This document shows positions 13,176-23,655 of a DNA stretch of 64,000 nucleotides, in pieces (within the stretch, counting starts at the first letter, position 1; each line of letters starts with the position of its first letter). The stretch lies in contig JALMLS010000354.1 of the NCBI GenBank assembly GCA_038496445.1, positions 434,001 to 498,000 of the forward strand, given 5' to 3'. This DNA is from Trichosphaerium sp. ATCC 40318 (lineage: Eukaryota; Protista; Tubulinea). Under the pieces are notes generated by a model. The model worked only from the letters and a program-made list of their open reading frames with translations, searched no databases and had not been told where the DNA came from. Position numbers and translations under genes: made by a program.

Positions 13176-13577
13176 TTAATACAAATGAGAGCTTTGGTTG
13201 CGATGACGTACCACTCGAGGGTTTTTTCACATTGTTGATCGGAATCTACTAGTCCTTTTGTTATTTATACTTCTAAATAGTATTTATGAGCGATGGAGTA
13301 AGAAAGGCTTTTAAGATTAGTTTGAAATCCAAGTTTTTGTAGGTACAACCGAGCTTCAAGAAGCTTAGAGCGGTTGTATTACGCCTGAATTAGTGTAGAT
13401 TTTTGCGATAAAACGTAGAACGTACCGGACACTATGACACGGAATCGTCATGGATGTGTACTATACAAATAGGCAGTGAAGGTGCCTGCTTTGCGATTTT
13501 GTGAGTTTTAGCGTTTGACAAAGTACGACTAATAATTTTTGCTGGTAAAAAAAAACCAGCTTTGGCACACGTCAACA

Positions 13578-14558
13578 ATGCAAAGGAGACTGTTACTTGT
13601 CAGTAACTCATACTTGAAACCAGGTGGCTTTTTGGAGCACTGTTCTTCAGATATTAAACGGTTTTTGGGCGAGAAAGTAAAGAAAGTGCTGTTCGTCCCG
13701 TATGCTAGCTCTGAGAGCCGTTATGAAGGTTTGTGTAGTGTGAAAACGCTCTCAGTAGTATTACGACACTAGCGTGCCAATTTCGAACACTAACTCGTTG
13801 TAGCGTATGAAAATAAGGCCAAAAAGTCCTTTTCATCAATGGGGTACGAATTAACGTCTATACACAGAAGTTCAGGTTCTGAAGTTCAAGCCGTTAACGA
13901 TGCCGAAGCAATCATGATAGGTATGTTCTAAGACGACTCTATGTCTTTCCTTAGCGTTGTTTAATCTCCTTTTCAGGTGGTGGAAACACCTTCAGGCTGC
14001 TAAAAGCGCTGTACAGCAACAAACTGCTTTCTGCAATCAAAAAGCGTGTTGATGCTGGTATGCCATACATAGGCTCAAGCGCTGGATCAAACGTTGCTTG
14101 TTGCACAATTAAAACAACTAATGATATGCCAAGTACGTTGCCATGTGATTGTCACGTGACCCAACTGAAAACAAAACGGGTTTTCTGTATTACTTATTAT
14201 TGATGTTGTTTTAGTTGTTTGTCCGCCGTCCTTTGATGCGCTAGACTTTATACCATTTAATATTAATGCGCACTATCTTGATGCGGATCCTAACTCTACC
14301 CACGCAGGGGAGACAAGGGCACAGCGAATTTCTGTAAGTAGTTTTGTTGTTACTTAATTTAGTTTCATTGTCACTTATTGTTTGTAGGAGTTTCATGAGG
14401 AAAATGACGTGCCTGTTGTTGGTTTACGAGAAGGTGCAATACTGAAAAGGGAAGGTGACAAATTACATTTATGTGGCGTTAATGGAGCTGTGTTGTTTGA
14501 AAAAGGTGTAAAGCCACGTGAGTGCAACAAAAATGAGGATTTATCGCGGTTTTTATGA
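13578..14558 (+). CDS. pepE: Alpha-aspartyl dipeptidase (dipeptidase E, peptidase S51)
   Basis: RLLLVSNS...[50 protein letters not shown]...[25 protein letters not shown] are PepE family motifs. Confidence 0.92.
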
Positions 14559-14859
14559 TTCACACTGCAAATAAAAAACTCTTCCGTTTTGTATGGACGA
14601 AATAATACTTCTTTATTCATCCCAACATACCTTTTTGATCGCAGTTATCTTAATGAACGCATTCTCTTGTGGGCACAGGTTTGTTTAGTTGTTAGCCACG
14701 AGTGAGCTTGAAAGACTCACAGAAAGAAGTTCATTGTGGCAAGTTTTTGCAATATCATCGTATTACATGGGATAAAACCAGTTCTAAGAGGTGTTGTAGA
14801 TTTCAAAAGCGGTTCTAAGCATAGAAATATCAAACAATGTCACAAAAATTAGTGTTTTA

Positions 14860-15804
14860 CTAATACTGTTGTTGCTGTTGTGCAGGGTAGTTTGTAATTA
14901 TTGTTGTTGTTTCAACTTGTTCTGATGGTCTTATGTGTATTTCAAACCATTCGTATCCATGTATTTTTGGATGAGTTATTGATACACCACGAGGTGAAAG
15001 CTCAGTGTTCTTTTGTCTAATAAAATCATTCATCTTACTATCAACTTGATCCTTCTACATTGAGAAAAAGAGGTTAGTTCAATAGCAGAAATTCAAATAA
15101 ATCTGATGAGGTTTCATGACAAACACACGTACGAATCTCCTTGCTATTTTTTGTGACTCTTCTACTGATACAGGGTATTTTGGTATGGTCTTTTTAACTT
15201 TACCTTCAGGTGTCTTTATCACAACAACTCCTTTTTTAAAGTCCACCTTTATATTCTCACGTGAGATATCTTGTTGTGTGTATTCTTCATGAATTTTATC
15301 AAGCATCTCTTGCTTTCTGTCTTTGAAGTACACCTTCCAAGCAGACTTCAACTAGAAGAAAACAAAAATTAACAACTAATCGAAACATCACGTGATCAAT
15401 CCTTGCTAAATTAGCCAAAAAAGCAACATTCAAAAAAAAATATTGAAAACGAGCTTTGTTCTAACGTACATGCATATAACCGTAGCGTTTGAAGCCAACT
15501 ACCTCTGCATCAGTCTTTAGCTGTGTGTACTGGTCCTGAAGCTGGTTGTAGTAGTTTATAATCTGTACTAACTCTTCTTGGCTCATTCGGCCTTCTAGAT
15601 GTATTGAATACGAACACACTGTAATAGTTGATTAATAATGCGCGTTTACATGGTTTAGGGCAGTTTCTTACTCCATTTTTGTGTTTCGTTTACTAAATCC
15701 CTTGTAATTAGGCTGCCATCGCCTATTTTCTCCCTCACATTTGGGATTATTACGCAGCTAGGCGTTGTCTGTGGTTTTGCTTTTTCATCAGCAGCCTTGC
15801 CCAT
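14860..15804 (-). CDS. Erf4/GOLGA7-like protein, copy A of an inverted pair
   Basis: MGKAADEK start. LEGRMSQEELVQIINYYN and NTELSPRGVSITHPKIHGYEWFEIHI resemble Erf4/Golgin A7 N- and C-terminal motifs. Four exons. Confidence 0.6.
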
Positions 15805-16252
15805 CATCTTGACTGTTGTCACTGGTGACTAAACCGTAAGTAGTGCAGACCCGAAATAGCGTATTTAAAAACTGCAATTAATGTTTGGGGTTGTGTATTC
15901 GGGTAACTTAGCTTTCTTTTTTGTTGCTTATCAAACCTGTCAAAATGTCAATCCGGAAGTTTCTACTTCTAAAGCGCGGTTCGTAACCCTAACGTGTTGT
16001 TAAAGCATAGCTTTTTCAAACACGTGCCAAGCTTTAGACCAGTCAATGCAACGTGAAAAAAGCCTGGTAGAAGTTTCGCGTTTTGTGTTGTAGTATTTCG
16101 TGCAGGACGCCTTGGGTTACAAAAAACCATAGTTTTATTTTAGCATGCTTGTGTCACAAAAAGAACCTATTCTTTGAACGTGTACCAAAACCCCAAATTT
16201 ATCACAGTCAACACAAAGTAAGCAGCGTACTTACCCGAAAAAAAAAACTACA

Positions 16253-17272
16253 ATGGGTAACGTTGCGCAAGCACCTGCAAAACCACAGACAACACCTCAT
16301 TGCGTGATTGTTCCTAACCAGAGAGAGCCTGTACAGGGCTATTTAAGTTTGCTAGTACCAGCTAGACAAAAATGGAGTAAGAAACTGCCCTAAACCATGT
16401 AAACGCGCGTTATTAATCGACTATTACAGTGTGTTCGTATTCAATACATCTAGAAGGCCGAATGAGCCAAGAAGAGTTAGTACAGATTATAAACTACTAC
16501 AACCAGCTTCAAGACGAGTACTCAGAACTAAGTATCGATGCCTTCGCAGTACAACAGAAGAAGTTCAACTATGTACGGCAAAAAACGCCAAAAAAAATCG
16601 GAGTTTGCTTTTTTCTATCAGAAACACTTCTACACCTTCTCCCGTATTTTTAGACAAATTTTACAGGCATTGTTAAAAGCCAGAAAAGGCAGGCCCTGTT
16701 GAGGAAAAAAAAGTTTTTATTTTTTGGTTTATTGTCTTTTTCAATGATCACGTGATATTGGTTCTGGCTTATTAATTTATTTTAGAGAAAAGCTGCTTGT
16801 AAAGCGCATTTTAAAAAACGAAAGCAAGATCTGCTTGCTAAAATTCATGAACAATACACACAAGAAGATATCTCACTTGAGAATTTAAAGGTTGACTTTA
16901 AAAAAGGAGTTGTTGTGATAAAGACACCCGAAGGTAAAGTTAAAAAGAGCATACCAAAATATCCTCTGTCACTTGAGGAATCTAATAAGGTTGCAACTGA
17001 TTTTGTACGTGTGTTGTAGTGATTTAGTCTTTTTATTTTCTTGTTTTTTTCTTAATCACTGACAACTTTTTTTCTTGATACAGAAAGCACAAGTTGATGT
17101 TAAGATGGATGAATTAGTTAGACAAAAGAACACAGAGTTAGCACCTCGTGGCGTATCAATAACTCATCCAAAAACACATGGATACGAATGGTTTGAAATA
17201 CACATAAGACCATCAGAACAAGTTGAAACAACAACGATAATTACAAACTACCCTGCACAACAGCAACAGTAA
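16253..17272 (+). CDS. Erf4/GOLGA7-like protein, copy B of an inverted pair
   Basis: MGNVAQAP start. Same four-exon structure and motifs as copy A in the opposite orientation. Confidence 0.6.
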
Positions 17273-17652
17273 AGTATTAGTAAAACACTATTTTTGTAAC
17301 AATGTTTATTATAAATACTATTTCTAAACTCTACAGCATAAGTGTAGCACAGATAGTGTTAAAGCCAAAGCAGTGCAAGATATTAATAATTTTATCTCAC
17401 AACTGTCATAACAGGCTAATTAAAAACTAGACAACTTTTCATGTTACAAGTATGCGATGAATTTCTGTAGTTCAATTCACTTGCTAGGAACTTTGTAAAT
17501 ATTTAGCTGAGATACTACGACGAACGTCTTCTCGTTTGGGAGAGCAAATTAACCTGTCGCTAGTTTGAAAAATTCACAACTGACATGGTTGCGTGTATAA
17601 CAGACAGCCAAAGAGCTAGCAGAGTTTGGAAATTGCAAAAGTATTGGATGTT

Positions 17653-19128
17653 TTATTGGTCTCCCTCATCTATTTCAAAATACACCACATTGGTTTCTTT
17701 GAAATAAGTGCGAAGAAGAATGTTCCTCTTATAAAAACCATGGAAATTTAAAAAACCTTCTCTATGCCATATTCTGTGATGACCTTCTTTTTTACCTTTC
17801 ACGTATTGACATCTTTTCGCAATCTGACCATTACTATACCATACCTCATAAGTACCTTGTTTTTTACCTTTTTTGTAATGACATCTTTTTCCGATTTTAC
17901 CATTACTATACCATAGCTCGTGAGTGCCTTGTTTTTCACCATCTACTATATTCATGCTTTCCATGATATTACCGTTACTATACCATTCCTTTGTTTCGCC
18001 TGAGTTATTGCCATTGACTTTTTTTGTTGTGAAAACAAGCAAACCTTCTTTGTTCCAAAGTCTACAGTCACCATGTTTGACATTTAAAAAATAGCTGCAA
18101 TCTTTAATCAAAATGCCATTTTCATGCCATTTACGATACTCTCCATGCTTCTTACCTTTGTAATACTCATTTTCATATTCTAGATTCCCATTTTCATGCC
18201 ATTGTCTAAACCAACCATGTTTTAAGTCATCAACCACATCATACTCTCTAAGTTTTTTTCCATTTTGGTAGAAATCTTGTACTTTGCTATTCTGTTTGCC
18301 ATCAATATAATAACTCAAAGTTTCAAGTTCACCAGTGTCATAGTATCGTTTAGATTCTCCTTTCTTTTTACCATCCTTATACATACATTCATAAACAAGT
18401 ACACCTTCTCTTTTGAGCATGCGTTTTCCTTCTTTTTTCCCTTCATTATACATTGAAATCTCCTCTGTTTTAGACTTGCAAGTATTTCTGTAGTAACCAC
18501 CCATATCGGTCTTCATATACTCACGGTCACTATCTTTTATCATACAATATCCATGACGCTCACCATTCTTCCAATAACTCTCTTCAAATAGCTCACCAGA
18601 TTTACTCCATATCTTTCTTGAACCATGCCTAGATCCGTCTTTAAAATAAAATTCTTTGAACGGTTGACCGTTTGGCCACCATTCCTTATGAACCCCTATC
18701 GAAGCCCCTTTACTGAATTTCCTCTTTTTACACATTCTACCATCCTTTTCGTACTCTGTAATGAGACCATCGAGCTCTCCTTGATGATACATTCCTTCTT
18801 CTCTCAAGGCACCTGAAGCAAACCAAATTTTGAACTCGCCATGTTTTTTATCTTGTTTAAACGACGTGCGGCTATACAAGCGCCCGTTGTCATGCCAAAC
18901 ACGCGAGACGCCATCTAGAACGCCGTTTTTGAAGTTTATGGCTTTCCAAAGAGTATTTCGAGGATGAGGATAGTTCTTAATAAATGTCCCATGTTTTTCA
19001 AGGCTGTTATTAAACCTAGATGTTATAGCGGTTTGGTAGTTTAATAAAGGCCACTTGAGGTATACACTACTGTCTATACTTCTAATTAAGTACTGAAGCT
19101 CTACAGGAATACCGAGAAGCGTATTCAT
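17653..19128 (-). CDS. Intronless protein: F-box-like N-terminus plus MORN-variant (MORN_2/YwqK-like) repeats
   Basis: ATG at 19128 (MNTLLGIPVELQYLI). Tandem ~24-aa repeats of type G.(Y/W)..W(H/Y)ENG.L.....Y..GK. A 72-bp DNA periodicity is visible near 17790-17940. Confidence 0.85.
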   Translation of the reverse strand: MNTLLGIPVELQYLIRSIDSSVYLKWPLLNYQTAITSRFNNSLEKHGTFIKNYPHPRNTLWKAINFKNGVLDGVSRVWHDNGRLYSRTSFKQDKKHGEFKIWFASGALREEGMYHQGELDGLITEYEKDGRMCKKRKFSKGASIGVHKEWWPNGQPFKEFYFKDGSRHGSRKIWSKSGELFEESYWKNGERHGYCMIKDSDREYMKTDMGGYYRNTCKSKTEEISMYNEGKKEGKRMLKREGVLVYECMYKDGKKKGESKRYYDTGELETLSYYIDGKQNSKVQDFYQNGKKLREYDVVDDLKHGWFRQWHENGNLEYENEYYKGKKHGEYRKWHENGILIKDCSYFLNVKHGDCRLWNKEGLLVFTTKKVNGNNSGETKEWYSNGNIMESMNIVDGEKQGTHELWYSNGKIGKRCHYKKGKKQGTYEVWYSNGQIAKRCQYVKGKKEGHHRIWHREGFLNFHGFYKRNILLRTYFKETNVVYFEIDEGDQ

Positions 19129-19361
19129 AGCTGCGTTGTAGTGTACTTTGTGGTGACGAAGAAAAACAAGTGAAAACTTCAGTGAACTTGTTTTGGTCAC
19201 TAAAACAACCTGTGGCGGCCAAATTAATTAGTTAACAGGTCACGTGTTATACTAGGTTGTTAAGTATGAATAACTGTAGGCATTATTTAAGTCTGCTAAA
19301 ACATGTTTAAACGAAGGTTCAGTATTTAGTCTAATTCTGTGCTTTATTTTGTATGAGTACA

Positions 19362-19405
19362 TCAATCACTTTGTATATCAGACTCAATCACTTTGTATGT
19401 CAGAC
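19362..19405. repeat. 22-bp tandem duplication spanning a GPCR stop codon
   Basis: tcaatcactttgtatatcagac followed by tcaatcactttgtatgtcagac. Confidence 0.9.
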
Positions 19406-22400
19406 GAGTTTGACCTAAAAAACCCCACAGTTAGCAATCGCTTATATGTACAAATTGAAAACGTACGTAAATCCAGAGCTTCCTCCGGTTGATATTTTGC
19501 TCTTCGAACTGAAAGAATCCATAAATTTACCAACTTGAGTTTTATGCAAGAACATAGAGTTCACAGTGATAGCTGTAATTCAAGGTAAGAAAAATGATAA
19601 AAAACAACTGCGTATTACCTGATCCAAGAATGATAAACAGTGATACCAATGCAAATCTTGTAAATCTCGTGATGTTTGTAGCAGCAAGAGCAACACTCAA
19701 GAAAGCAAAGAAGGCGACATTGTAGACAGCAAAGAAAATAATCTTAGACTCATTGTATTTTTTGATTGGAATAGAACGAACTCTGAATGCAACAGCACTG
19801 CACACCAACAACAGCACTCCCTAAGATGATGTGAGACATTCGTAAAGGAAAATCATAGTACGTTTATAGCTGCAATAATGTAAAGAATCACGTTGTAACC
19901 AAGGGAAGCAGAGCACGTGTAGTAGTTCAAGTAAACAAGGATACTATCAACAATAACAAGTTCACGTTCAGATCTACCAACTGAAGTCTATCCTAAAGAT
20001 TAACATTGCATTGTAAATACAAACAGCGTACCAATACAGTAAGAAGAACTAAATGTATGCCAACAAGAATGCTGACCCACAATAATACTACTTTATCACT
20101 AATCATGAATACTTCAGTGGACTTATTGCTGAACAGCCTCTCTACCCTGAGGGTCTTTGCAAAAAGAGGTCTAAACAGATTGACATTAAGTTAGGTTACT
20201 ATCACTTATTTAAACTCATCGCTTACCCGAACAGCATCACAAAGCCAAGATCTAGAATCCAAGGCATGGCACTACACGTGAACGTTGATCTAACATTTGG
20301 GAGCATTGTAAACACAGACAGATACAACAAACAGCTTCCGATTAACATGATACCCATAAACAACGGAGAAGATGCTTTTACTTTTGAGCTATTATAGTTC
20401 ATTGCAAGGAAGATTCCCCAATAGATGTTCAATGCGAAGAATGCAATAGCAACAACTGTAACTAGTAGTTCAGTCCAATGACCTATAAACGGAAAGAGTA
20501 AGATTCACGTGTTCCCAATAATACTGTAGATACCGTATTTCGGATCAAATATGCGTTCATGCCATTTTGGCATTGGAAATACAATGTTCGCTCTTGTAGT
20601 TGTTGGTGGCCCTATTGAGTTGTGAGAAAACAATAGAAGCTCTTAATTGAATGTACCAATAATAGAGAAGGAACCTAGCTCAATCATTTGCATGTGAAGC
20701 CATTCTCTGAATGAAACGTTATCAAAATAAAGTTGTGACGTTAACTGTACCTTTGTTGAATATTTTTTGAGTCCCATGAGTATCTTCCAGATATCGTATC
20801 TATCTTTAACTTGAATATATTTTGATAAAGGATATCTTGTATCTAAGGAGTCCGTGTGAGTCGATAAAAAAAAAGTGGCCAATGAAAAAAAAACGTACTG
20901 TTTCCCCACAGGATGTTGATGCATTTGATGCTACATATTCAAGTCCAGAGTCAGCATTGAGCTATATTTTAGTGTAAGCCGGTAAGATACGTTATTGTTC
21001 TTCAAGACGCACAATTATAGAGTCACCATACTTTTCGATTGCATTTTCAATTGCAGTTTTATAAATGATAAACATTGCTGCATATGGTGGAGTGTTGAAC
21101 CCCACACTCCTATTACTTCTTGTTTCAATAATCTCTCTGAACTCATCAAATGTTCCGAGGCTTCTTGTTGCTGGAAACGCCATGTTGTCGTCATACTATA
21201 GAGCACTCGGCTTAGCTTGAAAACCCCTACATACTTCTTGTTACGTACTTGAGCACCAGCAGTAACATAGTGCCATAGGTCGACATCAAACGCTGTTGTT
21301 ATCTCGTCAATGGTTTGTGTTACACCAACAAACTTTGGTGTGTAATCTATATCTCTAGCTGTTTTAAGAAGCATGCCAGTTACATCAACAAGCGGATTAC
21401 AAAGCAGCCTAGAAAGAAGGTAAGAATCTAAGAAATAGTAGGACTATCACGTGCCAGGCATCAGAATCTATTTCTTTTGCTTTTATAGCTGTGTTGGTAA
21501 TGTTTATCTGAACATCTTCTGGATACTCGGCGTGATTTTTGTTCCAAAAAGCAAACACGGATGGAGCCGCTAACAGAGTAAGTAATGACACATGTAGGAA
21601 CTTAAAAGATCGCTGCGAAATACCATCTTTTATCAACAATTCTGCCTTAATTTCAAATCCTTGTACTCTTAATTCGTCTCTCAGACGCTCGCTATGGCAT
21701 CTATTTTTTGGAACTTAGAACGAAAAGGTGTTTCGAGAACGTGCCTTGTAGCAATAAAGTCAGTGCCCTCACCATATATCATTGTAATTGTCTTGACACC
21801 AGCAGTTCTCATTGCAGGTAGCATAGTAAAAAAAGATGAATCCGAGGATAGTCCAGTAGATAGTGAGTACTTTGAGTCAACAGCGAACAGGTTAAACAAG
21901 TTGCCTACTGACACTGATGCAAGTGTTAGATCATTCTAAAAAAGGATCGTTTTTTTTTGTTGTTCGTACTCATAACATGCTTTCTTTCATCCATTAATTC
22001 TATGATGTCTGGTGAACTTGTTGATGAAGGGCTAAAGAATAACGATATCGATGGATCATCTAGTGCGTCTTCATATAGTTCCTTCCTGTAAGTAGAGTTT
22101 GACAGACTGTTTCGCAAACTATGTAAAAGAAGAATTAGATTGTACTTCCTACGACATATAAATGGCGTACATGAATTGCATTCCAACTTTCTCTCCATTT
22201 ATTTCTATAGCATTTTCTGGTTGAGATATCCACTCGGATAAATAGTCGAATAGAACTCTACGAAACCATAAAATAAGCAAAAAAATTGTCAAAACACAAA
22301 AAGACAAAACGCCAAAAATGATTTTTTGCGAGGCTCCTTTTTTAGATAATAGGTGTTTAATGTCTTCCGGATGCATGAATTTAGGCATAGCAATCATTAA

Positions 22401-22700
22401 TAACCTTTGTCTTTATAGATGTATCGAGTAGAGTAGAGGAGTAATTTTCGGGTTGTAAAATTGGAATACTTTCCAAAAACAGACAGCAAGCTGTTTTGTG
22501 CTAGCGAAGTTTGTTTTATCTTGTATACGTACGGATACTGTTGTGTATGTACAGTGTCAAAATTTGATGCGTCCCAGTCCAAAGCGCCAACTAGACGTAA
22601 AAAACTTGAGTTAGAAATAACTTGCAACAAACAAAAACAAAGCGCCTAATCCATAACAATAGGGTGGCTTTTTACAAAAAAAAGCGAAAATAGTTTTACG
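19384..22700 (-). CDS. Third, divergent class C GPCR
   Basis: KVKASSPLFMGIMLIGSCLLY, LGFVMLFG, AFRVRSIPIKKYNESKIIFFAVYNV. Large ectodomain exons upstream. Start codon not resolved. Confidence 0.78.
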
Positions 22701-23655
22701 CTAAACTTTTTACGTAAAAAAAACGTTTTCGAAAGAGCCGAGTTCTGCAAATGTCAGTGGTCTATTAACCTCTATGGCAATAAGCCTAGGTTTCCACTCG
22801 ATAGTGGAATGGCGTGGAATCGTACGCGACAAAATGCGAAGCAACCCGTTAAAACTGTTTAAATACAAGCACAGGTGCTTGTAAGAGGCTTTGCGAAATG
22901 TTGTTCCAAATACGTACAAACTGTTATGTTTCTCAACGCTCCTACTCCATGTGCAATGCTTAATATGCATAGTAAAGCTAGAAAAGTATTGTATCCGTTG
23001 TGTTTAGGCATCATTGCGTGTTGTGTTGCACTACTATGACTACTTGACTTTTTTAGCGCAAATTTTCAGCCGAACTGGTCGAAATAACCTTTTTACGAGC
23101 ACTTATGATACACAAACAATCTCTCAGGTGTAACACAGTTTCCACAGTAAGCAAGTTCGTCATAGTTAAAACAAAGACCTATTATAGAGCGATGACGTGT
23201 AGGAATACGCGAAAAACTTAGAGTCCCACACCATTTTCAAGTTCTTTGTTTAGCAAACGCTAGTTTCTAATTTTGAACTGAGATGTTCCTAAAAAAGCGA
23301 GGTGTCCACATTTGTAAACCGGGTTTCCATTTCTATTCTGTCGTACCAATAAATGTCCGGTCTCAGGAGTGTCTATGCTTTGTACACTACTACTACGCGC
23401 CTAGAGGTACTATAGCAGTTAGAGCGCCAACAGTGGAGCTTCAAAAGGGACTATAAACATGTTCTAAGTATCTAATACCTGGATTAAAACTCACAAGTCC
23501 CGTACCTTTGACTTTTTGTACACAACGTCACTTGTTTTCTACAGTTAAATAGCATACGATAAAAATCGTTCACTACTTTTCGTACCAACGTTTTCCTTCA
23601 TTTCACGAAAATGGCTTAAGTCAACTTACACATGCGTTTATCATTCAAACAACAC

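Larger units (their letters stand above)
12560..13470 (-). ncRNA. Putative spliced non-coding snoRNA host gene
   Basis: GTACGT donors at 13425, 13211 and 12931. Acceptors at 13385, about 13044 and 12733. AATAAA near 12580. No ORF of 60 aa or more. Divergent from dipeptidase E. Ends approximate. Confidence 0.55.

Noticed and set aside
15978-15995. Telomere-like taaccctaa and tRNA-like ggttcg
   Set aside because: Single short matches with no array and no cloverleaf.
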